The notes beneath the pieces were generated by a model. It saw only the letters and a list, made by a program, of their open reading frames with translations, was not told the DNA's origin and ran no database searches. The position numbers and the translations under genes are program-made. A stretch of 64,000 nt of DNA from Mobula hypostoma (lineage: Eukaryota). Location: the NCBI RefSeq assembly GCF_963921235.1, contig NC_086108.1, forward strand, positions 66,714,001 through 66,778,000. The letters are read 5' to 3'. Shown in pieces: positions 50,381 to 63,328 of the stretch; position 1 is the first letter of the stretch; the number at the start of each line of letters is the position of its first letter.

Positions 50381-52889
50381 AATGAATATCCATTACTAAT
50401 TTAATACTTATGGTAAAACTTTCATACTCTTTCTATTTCAAGGCATATTTTGTTCAGCTTTTATTTTGCCTCGATTTAATTTCCTTCTTCCTTTCAATTT
50501 CTGTTTACACAGGGTTTGCTCCCTGTACCTAAATAAGATTTAAATAAAACAGACATGTTCTTGTTCTGCCAGTTCCTGGTAACTCTTCCCGTGGAACTTC
50601 TCTGTTATCTTAAAGGAGATGAAACATTGCAGTGCTGGGATCCACATTTATTCAATACCCATTCGTACTGAATTATCTGAATCAGTTTTGTCAACCCTTC
50701 ATAATCTTGAAGGGAATGAGTGATCACACTAACAGATTGCTAATAAGCCAAATGTTAATGGTAACATAGGAAAAACAGTGGCCACTTAACTCCTCAAGTC
50801 TATTCTGCGATTCAATGAAATCATGGCTGATTAATGACCAATTCTACACAACTGTCCTTGCACCACTTCTTGTGTTAAGTTTGGCTATTTAAAAAAATTT
50901 ATTAAATTTCAGATTCATAGAATCGACCCCATGACTCTCTTCAGGACAGCATCCTCTTTCTTACATTGAAATATTACATGTAATATGGCATTCCAGCTGA
51001 TCAAAGACTCTCAGAGTAACTGTAAATTCAATTCCAAATTTACGTCACCTATAATGAAAGCCACCTGAAGTTTTACTTTTGCAGAGCATTAGGCAGATGA
51101 GTAATCATCAAGATACAAGAGAAAAGTCAACAAGACAATATATTTGATTCTAAGAGTGTAATTCAGTCAGTCACAGGCTTAATATGACCAATGTTAAAAC
51201 AAGATGGTTTAATTGCAAGTAGGGTCATTGTGTCATCAACTTAAAATCAAATATAAACAAACAAATGTAAAACCATCATTCCTCAACCAGTAGATTATGG
51301 CATCAAGATCTTCTCCAGAGAGTCAAATCAGTGAGCACATCACAGCAGTACTGAAGCCCTGCACTTTGGTGATGTAGTCCTTCATTGAAAGTATCCACAG
51401 TTGGTCACGTGGCCTCAAATCAGAGAACTATTTAAAACATCAGGTTAACATGGAGTAGTGCAACCTCTGTTGTAAGACCTTACTGAAATCTGTGATCTTA
51501 TGTGACCCCAAGTACAACATCAGATACTTGCTTTAACTGCTTTGAAGATGGAGTTCAGAGTCAAAGTAATCCTCAGTTTTCTCCTTCAGGGAAGTTGCCC
51601 ATATTCCATGCTTCTCCAAGGTGCCAGCATTCCAGAGGGCAGCCTGACAACACCCTGCCAGGAACACTTGGCTATCCCCTTGCAATGTCTTCATAGCTTT
51701 CTCGCACAAAGAATAAGCCTACGCCTGGAACTGATTCCCCAGCAGCTTGCCCCTCTTGCTCTGAATCCTTGGCAGCACACTTCCTCCCCTCTCCCATTGT
51801 TACTGCATCCATTCCATTCAGTAGCAAAACACACCTACTGTTGCAAAAGTGTTGCTGGTACTGTATTGTGCTCTAAGCCTGTAAGAATTGCATGCAAAGA
51901 TCAAAGGTGCCATGAACTGGAGAACTTGCAACATATAGAGCATGACGTAACGCAGGGAGCTTCAACAGCAGTCCTCCAAAGACCCCACAGTGATCCATAA
52001 TGTTCTTCATAATGTCAGCAGCCCATAAAACCGTTTCCATGCCAAAAAATAGTGAAACAATTTCTGGACTGTTATTTCAAACCAATACCTAATGTGTTCT
52101 CTTGCTTAACTATAAATAACCCCTTTTCAAAAAACAGTGAAAAAAAGATCATCCCTGGTCAGTATTTGGTTCTCAATCAGCATGTCAGAAAAGCAAGACT
52201 ATCTGGTCATTATCAAGAGTACTGTTTGTGAGAGTTTGCTGTGTGCAAATAGACTGTTGCATTTCCTATATCACAATGATGAGTGCACTTCAAAAGGAGG
52301 TCAATGGATTTAGATATCCTGAGTTACATTCATGCAAGTTTCTCTTACTTTTAGATCAAGGGTTCCCATCCTGGGGTCTATGGATTCATAGAACATAGAA
52401 TAGTACAGCACAGTACAGGCCCTTCGGCCCACAATGTTGTGCCGACCCTCAAACCCTGCCTCCCATATAAGCCCCCAACTTAAATTCCTCCATATACCTG
52501 TCCAGTAGTCTCTTAAACTTCACTAGTGTATTTGCCTCCACCACTGACTCGGGCAGTGCATTCCACACACCAACCACTCTCTGAGTAAAAAACCTTCCTC
52601 TAATATCCCCCTTGAACTTCCCACCTCTTACCTTAAAGCCATGTCCTGTTGTATTGAGCAGTGGTGCCCTGGGGAAGAAGCGCTGGCTATCCACTCAATC
52701 TATTCCTCTTATTATCTTGTACACCTCTATCATGTCTCCTCTCATCCTCCTTCTCCCCAAAGAGTAAAGCCCTAGCTCCCTTAATCTCTGATCATAATGC
52801 ATACTCTCTAAACCAGGCAGCATCCTGGTAAATCTCCTCTGTACCCTTTCCAACGCTTCCACATCCTTCCTATAGTGAGGCGACCAGAA

Positions 52890-54470
52890 CTAGACACAGT
52901 GCTCCAAGTGTGGCCTAACCAGAGTTTTATAGAGCTGCATCATTACGTCGCGACTCTTAAATTCTATCCCTCGACTTATGAAAGCTAACACCCCATAAGC
53001 TTTCTTAACTACCCTATCCACCTGTGAGGCAACTTTCAGGGATCTGTGGACATGTACCCCCAGATCTCCCTGCACCTCCGCACAACCAAGTATCCTACCA
53101 TTTACTTTGTACTCTGCCTTGGAATTTGTCCTTCCAAAGTGTACCACCTCACACTTCTCCGGGTCGAACTCCATCTGCCACTTCTCAGCCCACTTCTGCA
53201 TCTTATCAATGTCTCTCTGCAATCTTTGACAATCCTCGACACTATCCACAACACCATCAACCTTTGTGTCATCTGCAAACTTGCCAACCCAGCCTTCTAC
53301 CCCCACATCCAGGTTGTTAATAAAAATCACGAAAAGTAGAGGTCCCAGAACAGATTCTTGTGGGACACCACTAGTCACAATCCTCCAATCTGAATGTACT
53401 CCCTCCACCACCACCCTCTGCCTTCTGCAGGCAAGCCAATTCTGAATCCACCTGGCCAAACTTCCCTGGATCCCATGCCCTCTGACTTTCTGAATAAGCC
53501 TACCATGTGGAACCTTGTCAAATGCCTTACTAAAATCCCTATAGATCACAACCTCTGCACTACCCCCACCTATATGCCTGTTCACCTCCTCAAAGAACTC
53601 TATCAGGCTTGTTAGACATGATCTGCCCTTCACAAAGCCATGCTGACTGTCCCTGAGCAGACCATAATTCTCTAAATGCCCAGAGATCCTATCTCTAAGA
53701 ACCTTTTCCAACAGCTTTTCCACCACAGACGTAAGGCTCACTGGTCTATAATTACCCGGACTATCCCTACTACCTTTTTTGAACAAGGGGACAACATTCG
53801 TCTCCCTCCAATCCTCCGGTACCATTCCCGTGGACAACGAGGACATAAAGATCCTAGCCAGAGGCTCAGCAATCTCTTCCCTTGCCTCGTGGAGCAGCCT
53901 GGGGAACATTCCGTCAGGCCCCGGGGACTTATCCGTCCTAGAGTATTTTAACAACTCCAACACCTCCTCTCCCTTAATATCAACATGCTCCAGAACATCA
54001 GCCTCACTCATATTGTCCTCACCATCATCAAGTTCCCTCTCATTGGTGAATACCGAAGAGAAGTATTCACTGAGGACCTTGCTCACTTCCACAGCATCCA
54101 GGCACATCTTCCCACCTTTATCTCTAATCGATCCTACCTTCACTCCTGTCATCCCTTTTTTAGTGACAGAATTGAAGAATGCCTTGGGGTTTTCCTTTAC
54201 CCTACTCGCCAAGGCCTTCTCATGCCCCCTTCTTGCTCTTCTCAGCCCCTTCTTAAGCTCCTTTCTTGCTTCCCTATATTCCTCAATAGACCCATCTTGC
54301 TTCCTAAACCTCATGTATGCTGCCTTCTTCCACCTGACTAGATTTTCCACCTCACTTGTCACCCATGGTTCCTTCACCCTACCATTCTTTATCTTCCTCA
54401 CCGGGACAAATTTATCCCTAACATCCTGCAAGAGAGCTCTAAACATCGACCACATCATACCATAGTACAT
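52890..54470 (-). pseudogene. CR1 ORF2 reverse transcriptase segment (526 codons open)
   Basis: KSPGPDG, NYRPVSLTSVV, QHGFVKGRSCLTSL, DFSKAFDKVPH, GVPQESVLGP, KFADDTK; premature stop at 52890, frameshift at about 54460. Confidence 0.92.
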
Positions 54471-55000
54471 TTTCGTGCAAGAACATCATCCCAATTCACA
54501 GCCACAAGTTCTAGCCTTATAGCCTCATAATTTGCCCTTCCCCAATTAAAAATTCTCCTGTCCTCTCTGATTCTATCCTTTTCCACGATAATGCTAAAGA
54601 CCAGGGAGCAGTAGTCACTGTCCCCCAGATGCTCACCCACCGAGAGATCTGTGACCTGACCCGGTTTATTACCTTGTACTAGATATAGTATGGCATTCCC
54701 CCTAGTCGGCCTGTCCACATACTGTGACAGGAAACCGTCCTGGACACACTTAACAAACTCTGCCGCATCTAAACCCTTGGAACTAATCAGGTGCCAATCA
54801 ATATTAGGGAAGTTAAAGTCACCCATGATAACAACCCTGTTATTTTTGCACCTTTCCAAAATCTGCCTCCCAATCTGCTCCTCTGTATCTCTGCTGCTAC
54901 CAGGGGGCCTATAGAATACCCCCAATAGAGTAACTGCTCCCTTCCTGTTCCTGACTTCCACCCATATTGACTCAAAAGAGGATCCTGCTACATTACCCAC
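54455..55000 (-). pseudogene. CR1 ORF2 AP-like endonuclease segment
   Basis: GVFYRPPG, IMGDFNFPNIDW, PTRGNAIL, LGDSDY (catalytic SDH changed to SDY). Confidence 0.9.
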
Positions 55001-55178
55001 CCTTTCTTTAGCTGTAATAGTATCCCTGACCAGATCCCTGATTCCTTGCTTAATTGTATCGGTATGGCATAAAAAAGATTGGGAACCCCTGTTTGAGATA
55101 GAATAATCTGGAATCAGGAGTGCTTATTCTATCATTTGTAACTTTATCCCATTTTATATTGAAGACACTTTATCTGTG

Positions 55179-55415
55179 ACACACACAAAATGCTGGAGGA
55201 ACTCAGCAGGCCAGGCAACATCTATGGAAAAGAGAACAGGCAACATTTCGGTGCAAGACCCTTAGGCAGGCCAGAAAGGTCCTGAGTCCTGCTGGGGGGT
55301 CTCATCCTAAAACATCGACTGTACTCTCTTCCATCGATGCTGCCTGGACTGCTGAGTTCCTCCAGCATTATGTGTGTGTTGCTTGGATTTCCAGCACCTG
55401 CAGATTTTCTCACGT
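55179..55415. mobile_element. Fold-back of Penelope pseudo-LTR ends
   Basis: acacacaaaatgctggaggaactcagcagg.. versus ..ctgctgagttcctccagcattatgtgtgtgt; centre about 55280. Confidence 0.75.
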
Positions 55416-55727
55416 TTGTTGTCGTTTGTTTATGTGTGACACTGCTTACATCATTAATATGCTCAATGCAACCCACTTATTCTCAACTACACAAATGATG
55501 TAGATACAAAAAAAAAACTGCTAGAGGAACTCATTGGGTCAAGCAGCATCTGTAGTGGTAAGTCAACAGTTGATGGTTTGTGTTGAGAACCCGTGTCAGA
55601 ACTGAGAGCGATTATTCTCAATAGTTATGCTCATCACAACTGAACTTCATCATCTGGATGACGTGCTACAGTAGTGTGCCTACAATTATTGCCAATGTAG
55701 TGTATTTAATATTTCAGTAATATTTGT

Positions 55728-56043
55728 GTTGGCATGTGGCCAAGTGGTTAAGGTGTTCATCTAGTAATATGAAGGTTGCTAGTTCAAGCCTTGGTTGAGA
55801 CAGCGTGTGTGTCCTTGAGCAAGGCAATTAACCACACATTGCTCTGAGACAACACCGGTGCCAAGCTGTATTGGTCCTAATGTCCTTCCCTTGGACGACA
55901 TCGGTGTCGTGGAGAGGGGAGACTTGCAGCATGGGCAACTGCTAGTCTTCCATACAACCTTGCCCAGGCCTGCGCCCTGGAAACTTTCCAAGGCGCAAAT
56001 CCATGCTTTCATGAGACTAACGGATGCCAATATAAAAAAAAAA
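55728..56043 (+). mobile_element. tRNA-derived CORE-like SINE
   Basis: A box tggccaagtgg, B box gttcaagcc, core-like gtgtccttgagcaaggcaattaacc, poly(A) tail. Confidence 0.75.
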
Positions 56044-56048
56044 TTGAG

Positions 56049-56246
56049 TGTTGTGTATGTGGCCTGTTTACACAACTATGTTATTAATAAAAATGCTGGA
56101 ATTGGGAACTAAGTTTCATAATTCTTTACTGGTAGAGTCTGAACTTGACACACACGTACAGATCAATATGCGCCTAATAGCACATGCAACGATGTGTTAC
56201 TAAAACATAAAGTAGTCCCTTATTATAATGTAGGCTATACGGTACA
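56049..56246 (-). repeat. 3' LTR (about 198 bp) of the second Gypsy
   Basis: Minus strand: PPT aaaaggggagcaa (56259-56247), then tgtacc..cacaaca. Confidence 0.7.
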
Positions 56247-59200
56247 TTGCTCCCCTTTTATTTTAATAGTGTATCAACTGTTTTTTTTACTGGGGCACTA
56301 TGCTAAACAAATATGTTTACCCTTAACATACAAATGCCTACCATTTATTTACAAATTATAACAAAGTAACTTAATAATATCAAATTATAACAAGCCTTTT
56401 AGTTTACCTTTTTTTACTTTCGGTCTAAGACCCATTTAGAACTCAAGTCTCTGGGGTGGTCTTCCCCGGTATCGTCTATTCTGAAACTTTTGCTTTCACA
56501 GGTACATCAGGAGTGTTTGCTTCTATGTCATGGGAGTCCAGGCAAGGTGTTGTTGTGTTTTTCACCTGAGAATCCAGGATTTGGTCCACATGAGCTCTCC
56601 ATATGTCTCTCCCACCTCCACTGTATACATTAGTGGCCCATCTATGGCAGAAATTGTACCTGGCTGCCACTTTTCAGTCCGGTAATCCCGTGCAAGAACT
56701 GACTGTCCCACATTGAAGTTCCGTGTTGACTTAGAATTCAAGTGTTTGATCTGTCTGTTCTCTACATCACACCATTCATCTGGTTTGAGAAGATTCATGT
56801 GGGACCTCAGATTCCTGTTCGGAAACATCATCGCTGGGGTCTGATTAGTGGTTGCATGTACTGTATTACAATAGGCAAGGAGGAAGTTGTCTATCTTGTG
56901 TTGCAGTGGTCGATTTTCACTGTCCATTGCCTTGATGGGTTTCTTGAATGTCTGCACAAATCGTTCTGCCAAGCCAGTTGTGGATAGATGGTAAGGGGCA
57001 GATGTAAAGTGCTTGATTCCATTGTTTTTCACAAAACTTTGGAATTCTTCAGAGACAAATTGTCATCCATTGTCTGTGCAGATTTGTTCTGGTATGACAT
57101 TCCTGGCGAACATGGCCCTTAGAACTGTAATGGTCTTTTCCAATGTGGTTGTCTTCATTTTGATGACCTCTGGCCATTTGGAATGTGCATCAACGGCGAT
57201 TAAAGAGTCCATGAATAGTCCAGCAAAGTCGATGTGCACTCATTGCCATGGTGATAAGGGCCACTCCCACGGATGGAGACGGGGTTTGTGGTGGTGTGTT
57301 CTGGATCTTTTGACATCCAGAGCTGTTCTTGTCAAGTCCTCAATTTGCTTATTGATTCCTCGCCACCGCACATAGGCACGGGCAAGACTTTTCATCTTCA
57401 CGGTACCCAGGTGCCCCTCCTGCAGTTTCTCCAGCACTCTGGTGCGTAATTTGGGAGGAATCACAACTTAAGAACCGCACATTAGAGTTCCCCGACACAC
57501 TGACAACTGCTCCTTCCTTGCTGAGAAGGCTGGAAACAGTGTGTTACCCCGCGCTGGCCATCCCTTTACCGTGATGACACTTTTGACAACATAGGGTCAT
57601 TACATGTTTCCCTTTCAATAAAGCTGTTTGTCACTGGTAATTGTTCAATTATTGTTGTGTGAAAGATCTCTGCTGAATCCGTTTGTGTAGTTACCTTGGA
57701 AGTGGGCAGTGGTAAACGTGACAAACCATCTGCATTGCTGTGTTGCTTGGTTCCCTTGTGTTTGATGTCATACCTGTGAGCTCCTAAAAGGGACCATCGC
57801 TGAAGCCTTTGTGCTGTCATCACTGGAACGCCTTTTCTTGGATTGAAGATTGACACGAGAGGCTGATAGTCAGTCAACAGGGTAAACTTTTGACCATACC
57901 AATAGTGACTGAATTTCTTGACTCCCAACACGAGGCTTAGGGCCTCTCTGTCAATCTATGCGTAGTTGCGATCAGCTGAAGTTAGCGTTCTTGAGGCAAA
58001 GGCTATTGGTCTTTCGGAGTCATCTGGAAACTTGTGCGATAACACAGCTCCTATCCCATGGGGTGAGGCATCACAAGTCAGTCAGATTGGTAAGGAGGGG
58101 TCAAAGTGCACGAGTACCCGTTCCGAAGTTATGAGTCTTTTAGTTTCTTGAAATGCTTTCTCATAGCTCTCAGTCCACTTCCATTTTGTCCCTGTCTGTA
58201 ATGGTGCATTTAGTGTGGACTGTGGATAGGTTAGGCAAGAACTTGTGGTAATAGTTCACAAGTCCAAGACATGCTCTCAGCTGAGACATATTTTCAGGTG
58301 GTGGTGCCTTAAGCACCGCTTCTATCTTGTCTTGAGACATGTGTAAGCCATCCTTGCTGATCACATGCCCACAGTATGAGACTTCCTTTTTGAAAAACTC
58401 ACATTTCTGTCAATTAGCTCTGAGCCCATATTCTCGTAACCTGGTAAGCAGTTGTTCGAGGTTAGAAAGATGTTTATCGTCATCTTTGCTGGTGACAATG
58501 ACGTCATCCAGGTAACACTGAGCCCCTGGAATCCCCTGCAGGAACTGGTCCATTGCCCTTTGCCAGATTGTAGGAGCTGATGCTATCCCAAACACCAACC
58601 TCTTGTACTGATAAAGTCCTTTGTGTGTATTTATTGTCAGGTATTTATTGGATGCTTCATGAACTTCTATTAGGAGATAAGCCTCGGCCAAATCGATTTT
58701 TGTGAAATGTTCCCCTCCTGACGGGGAAGCAAAGATGTCCTCAATATGAGGTAGAGGATACTGTACTGTGTGGAGAACTGGGTTAACAGTCACTTTAAAA
58801 TTCTCCACATATGCGCACCTTGCTTGGTTTTCCTGGTTTTGTGCTGGAGGTTTTCTTCATCACTGGAACAATAGGCATGGCCTATTCACTCCAATCCACT
58901 TTGGACAGGACCCCAGTCTGCTCCAGATTTTTCAGCTCTGCCTCTATTGTTGAATGGATTGCATATGGCACTGGTCTGGCTTTGTGAAATTTTGGACATG
59001 CATTTTCCACAATCTCAATCTTTGCCTTCATGCCCTGAAGTGTTCCTATTCCTTTCATGAACACTCCCTCAGAGTCAGCAAGTATTTGTGACAGTCTCTC
59101 AGATGTAGCCTTGCTGCCCTCCTTTGCTGACACATCTAGTGCCTTGATGGTGTGCCAATCCAACTGAATTTTCCTGAGTCATTCATGTCCCAGCAACAGT

Positions 59201-59525
59201 GCTCCTCCATTTTCCAGTACATAGAAGTTCAACTGCTGTGTTTTGTCCCTGTAGGTCACTGTCACTTTAATTTTACCTTTGGGATGCACTCTCTGTCTTG
59301 TGTAAGTCTTTAGCAGTAGTTTAATTTGTTTCAGAGGTATGTGAGAAAACAGTCGTTTGTAGTCATGTACAGAGATGACTGTTAAAGCTGAGCCTGTGTC
59401 CAACTCCATTCTCAGTCTCACACCTGCCACTTGTGGAGTGATCCATGTTACTCTTCAAACATTTGTCTCTTTCACGCTGTGAAGTTGCAGACAAGACAAT
59501 TCACTTTTGTCTGAGTCATTTACAA
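56049..59525 (-). mobile_element. Gypsy LTR retrotransposon lacking gag and the 5' LTR
   Basis: MELDTGSA protease; FTKIDLAEAY..LVFGIASAP..YLDDVIV RT; FTLLTDYQPL..HSNADGLSRLP RNase H; GHLGTVKMKSLAR and SAPYH..GLAERFVQTFK integrase. Confidence 0.92.
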
Positions 59526-59539
59526 ACTGAGTCCACAAC

Positions 59540-59925
59540 CAGAAGTCAGTGTCTTGGACCTCCAGAAAGTGGTCCACAGCAGGGGTGATTGATAACTTTG
59601 TGGTCTAAGGTAGAAGGACAGGAGTTATTAACTTCAAACTTTCTGCCTAATCACTCAAAGAATTGAACTGCACGTGCATGTAACAAGAGCTGTATAACTC
59701 ATTTCCTTCTACCTTAGGCCACAAACTTATCAACCACCCTTGCAGTGGACTACTTTCTGGAGGTCCAAGACACCAACTTCTACAAAGAAGGGATCCGTAT
59801 GCTTCACGACCGCTGAACTAAGTGTGTAAATGTAGGAGGGGACTATGTTGAAAAATAAATGTGCTAGGTTTTCTAAAATTGACTCCTTCTACCTTAGGCC
59901 ACGAACGTATCAATCACCCCTCATA
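59540..59925. mobile_element. Mariner-derived fold-back MITE, left arm truncated
   Basis: Three copies of TIR aggggtgattgataa..taaggtagaagga (about 59581, 59706-59740, 59885-59923); transposase C-terminus FYKEGIRMLHDR*TKCVNVGGDYVEK*. Confidence 0.8.
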
Positions 59926-60478
59926 TACAAGGAGCTTTTCTACAGGACTAATTAACAGAGAGAAAATTGCACAAAGACTGGGCAAGGGTAGTATTAGCTA
60001 AGATCCAAATTGCAAAGAAGCTTTTGAAAATGAGAAAATAGAGATTAGAAAATAAATTCCATATTGTGAAGATGTTACGGGCAGAAGGCAGGAGAATGAG
60101 TTTGTGAGGGAAATGGATCGGCATATTGAAATGGTGGAGCAGACTCAATGGGCCAAATGGCCCAATTCTTTTCCTATGTCTTATGGTATTAAGGTAGATT
60201 GAACAAGAGAATATAGTCAGAAAAAATGAATGATAAATTCAGAAACATGGCACAAGAGAAATTTAAAGTGAATTTACTGGGATAAAGGGGAAAGCAGTGA
60301 ACCTTAGTAAGGGTTGGAGAGTGGACCTGGTACAGTCACATCAGAGTTCTGGAGTTGTTAATTGAGGTCGTAGCTAAGACTTAGTTGTTTATCAGGTTCA
60401 TAGGGATACTTTTGAGGGGCAGAGGAGGGAGTTATTGGACGGATTAAGTTTTAGGGACAGGGATGAGGGGAGTTAGAG

Positions 60479-61100
60479 TTAGATTATGAAGACACACAGT
60501 TCTCTTTTATTGGCATTTAGTAATGCATGCATTAAGAAATGAAACAATATTTCCTCCGGTGTGATATTGCAAAACACAGGGCAGACCAAGACTGAAAAAA
60601 CTAACAGAACCACATAATTATAACATATAGTTACAGCAGTGCAACAATACCATAACTTGATGAAGAAGTCCATGAGCACAGTAAAAAGTTCAAAGCCTCT
60701 CAAATGTCCCACATCTCACGCGGACGGGAGAAGGAAGAAGAACTCTCCCTGTCATGCCGACCACAGGCCGACCCTGAGTCATCCGACAAACTTTGAGCCT
60801 CTGATTCAGCTCTCCAACACTGAGTACTGAGCACCTTCTCTGTCCAAACGATTCAACCTCAATCTCGGTTGCCAACAGCAGGTAAAGCCAGGGATTTTGA
60901 GGCCTTCCCTCCGGAAGATTCCTGACCGCGCAGTAACAACAGCAGCGAACTGGCGTTTCAGAAATTTCTCCAGATGTTCCTCTGTACTTTCACGTGCGTC
61001 TCCATCAAATCAGAATTGTCCACGGCCCCTATTTAACGGATACGATATCATTTTTCACCGGAGGGCTGCACACGCGCAGTACACTGCTCTCTCTCCTCCC
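60479..61100 (-). mobile_element. Non-autonomous retroposon, copy 2 (family of 3950-4617)
   Basis: Shared blocks accacataattataacatatagttaca and tctccatcaaatcagaattgt. Confidence 0.7.
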
Positions 61101-61249
61101 GACTATTTAAGGGGCAGTAAATGAAGAGGCCAGGCAGGAGCCTCAGAGTGCTCCTTGAGAGAATGCCAGTGAATCTCGTGGATGGATGACTGGTTGATAC
61201 TGAGACATAAACCAGCAATCCCCATGGTCAATAATTGACATCAGCAGGC

Positions 61250-61718
61250 CTTGCTAAAAAGGGCAGGTGGCCCTCCCAGGATGGTGAGTATCTGCAGGTT
61301 GGCGAGTCCTGTGACTGGAAGCCTGAAGATGAAAGAGTTAAGTCACTGAGTCTGAAAGTCGATGCCCATGTCAGTGTGTTTGGCATTCAGAGGCCCAGTG
61401 TCCGCGAGTCTTCAAGTCTGGGCCAGGGACTAGAAGCTGGAAGCCTGGAGGTAGCCTGTCCTAAGGCTGGGGGCCAGAAGGTGTGTGTGACTGGGTGGGT
61501 GGGAGGGAGAAAAGGGGCTTACTTTGCTATTGTTGTTTCATTTTGTTGCTGCTGTTGCTTGTGTTGTTCTGCTGAAAATTATAGGCATGCTATGTTGGCA
61601 CGAAAATGCGAGCCTGCCCCCGGCACATCCATAAGAGTGTGTTGGCTGTCAAGATAAATGACGCATGCCACTGTATGTTTTGACGTACATGTGATAAATA
61701 AATTAATCTGAATCTGAG
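61250..61718 (+). mobile_element. Probable second non-autonomous retroposon with a Rex1-type tail
   Basis: Ends gtacatgtgataaataaattaatctgaatctga; 5' boundary uncertain. Confidence 0.45.
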
Positions 61719-62572
61719 ATCGTTCAAGTTATTTTATGAAAAGCCATCAAGGAGTGCAATGGGTGGGAACAATACCCAGAATGGCAAATGCAGAGCTGAG
61801 GGTTGCAGTAGCCATGGGGAAGGAAGCCCATAGGATAGAAAGTGCTGAAGAATTCTCATTAAATTAAGACAGTAGGGCAAGGGAGGAAGTTAAAATGAGC
61901 GAAATGTAAACTCCAGTTCTTCAAAGTTTAAAGAATAATCAGAATAAGAAATATACTTCAAGATGTAGGCAAAAGGCAAAATAAATCTGGAATCATTCAA
62001 GTATTGGTTAACCACTGTTGTTTTATCTTTGGATAGTTGACCTAGAGATGGGAAATGGATTTCCTCATGCATATCCATGTGGTAAGCTCACTACAACACA
62101 ATTATATGCAAGTCATTCTGAGCTGGACCAACTTGGCTCTGAATTAACACAAATAGAGGTCGACATTTAACCAGAAACAACTTAGGAATGGTCTTGTTCA
62201 TTTGTTGCTTTCTCCTGCTGGCTGTAATTCAAATAAATGGTGAGATTTCACTTGAAGGCCTGAAATCTGTCATCTGAACAGTATGGACAAGAGTAATCTA
62301 GGTATCCATGTCTAAGCTCTTTCCGCTAGTCACTGGACTGGAACAGTAGTGGGAAGTGTTTGCTCCCTTCAGATAGACTAGGATGCTGACACTCACTAAT
62401 ACTCCCTAACAACCACCCTTTCCAGATCACTTGACTCAGGAAGATTTCATAATGAATATATACTCTGTAGCTCAGAAAATGCATCTCTTCAGAGCAATGC
62501 ACGAGTCCTGTTGTCAATTCAACATATACTGTTGTGTTGCAGTACTTGTTTTCACTTATGGTACAGGCCTAA

Positions 62573-63328
62573 AGGCTGATTTATACTTGTGTGTCAAATG
62601 TACGCCGTGGGTATGGCATAGCAGTGTACTCTATGCTGTACTCTATGCTGAACCCTACGCCGCAGCCTAACGCGCACCTCTCCCAAAATGTAACTATGCG
62701 TCGCGGTGATGCAGACCGAAACAACTGCGATTGGTCCGCTTGGTAGCATCGCATTTCCTCCTACGCTGCAATAGCTTCCCACTGGCCGACTGAAGGGCAG
62801 GGAAGGAACTCTGGCTGCAATGCTTTCCATAAAGCATTACAGTCCTCTGAAATTATGGAGGACCCTGTTGCTTGACGCCAGTTTGTAGCTAGCTGCTACA
62901 GCCTGTTGACTTCCACCTGAAGCTAAAACTCGAATGGTGATTGCCGGTCTCTGAGTATACTGTGTGTACACTGATGCGAAATAAATGGTTGGAGACGATG
63001 AACCAAATCGTCAAATCTACCTGCCGACATCCGAAAATATTTGAAATGCATTTCGTCATCTCTGTCTCTCAGTGGCCGGACAAGCACAGAAAATTCACCC
63101 TCCTTCAGTTTCAGTCGCCATTGTTTGAAATTTGAGTTTCTTCATGTTGAGTTTCAACACGAGGAAACTCAACACAGTGACATAGGAACATCACCACCAA
63201 CTAGCATTCTGGCGGTGAATTGCAGAGCGACGCAGATACACCAACGCACAAGTATAAATGCTCACAACGGCGTAGCCCACTTGCGTAGGCTGCGGCATAA
63301 GCTAGCACGCACAAGTATAAATCAGCCT
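62573..63328 (-). mobile_element. Non-autonomous PIF/Harbinger element, copy 2
   Basis: Perfect 19-bp TIR aggctgatttatacttgtg, flanks TAA/TGA; transposase remnant [44 protein letters not shown]. Confidence 0.85.

Larger units (their letters stand above)
52387..55035 (-). mobile_element. Young 5'-truncated CR1 LINE with most of ORF2
   Basis: (catagaa) tail at 52387; endonuclease and RT ORFs. Confidence 0.95.
52357..55091. mobile_element. Small hAT (Charlie-like) MITE split by the CR1 insertion
   Basis: TIRs caagggttccca / tgggaacccctg; 8-bp TSD ttttagat / tttgagat. Confidence 0.65.

Noticed and set aside
51542..52000. 152-aa ORF or possible ancient transposase relic
   Set aside because: No motif could be confirmed on either strand by eye.
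53779..54465. 228-aa + strand ORF
   Set aside because: Antisense shadow of CR1 ORF2.
55728..55800. tRNA gene
   Set aside because: A and B boxes are present but I could not fold a cloverleaf, and it continues into a SINE body and poly(A).
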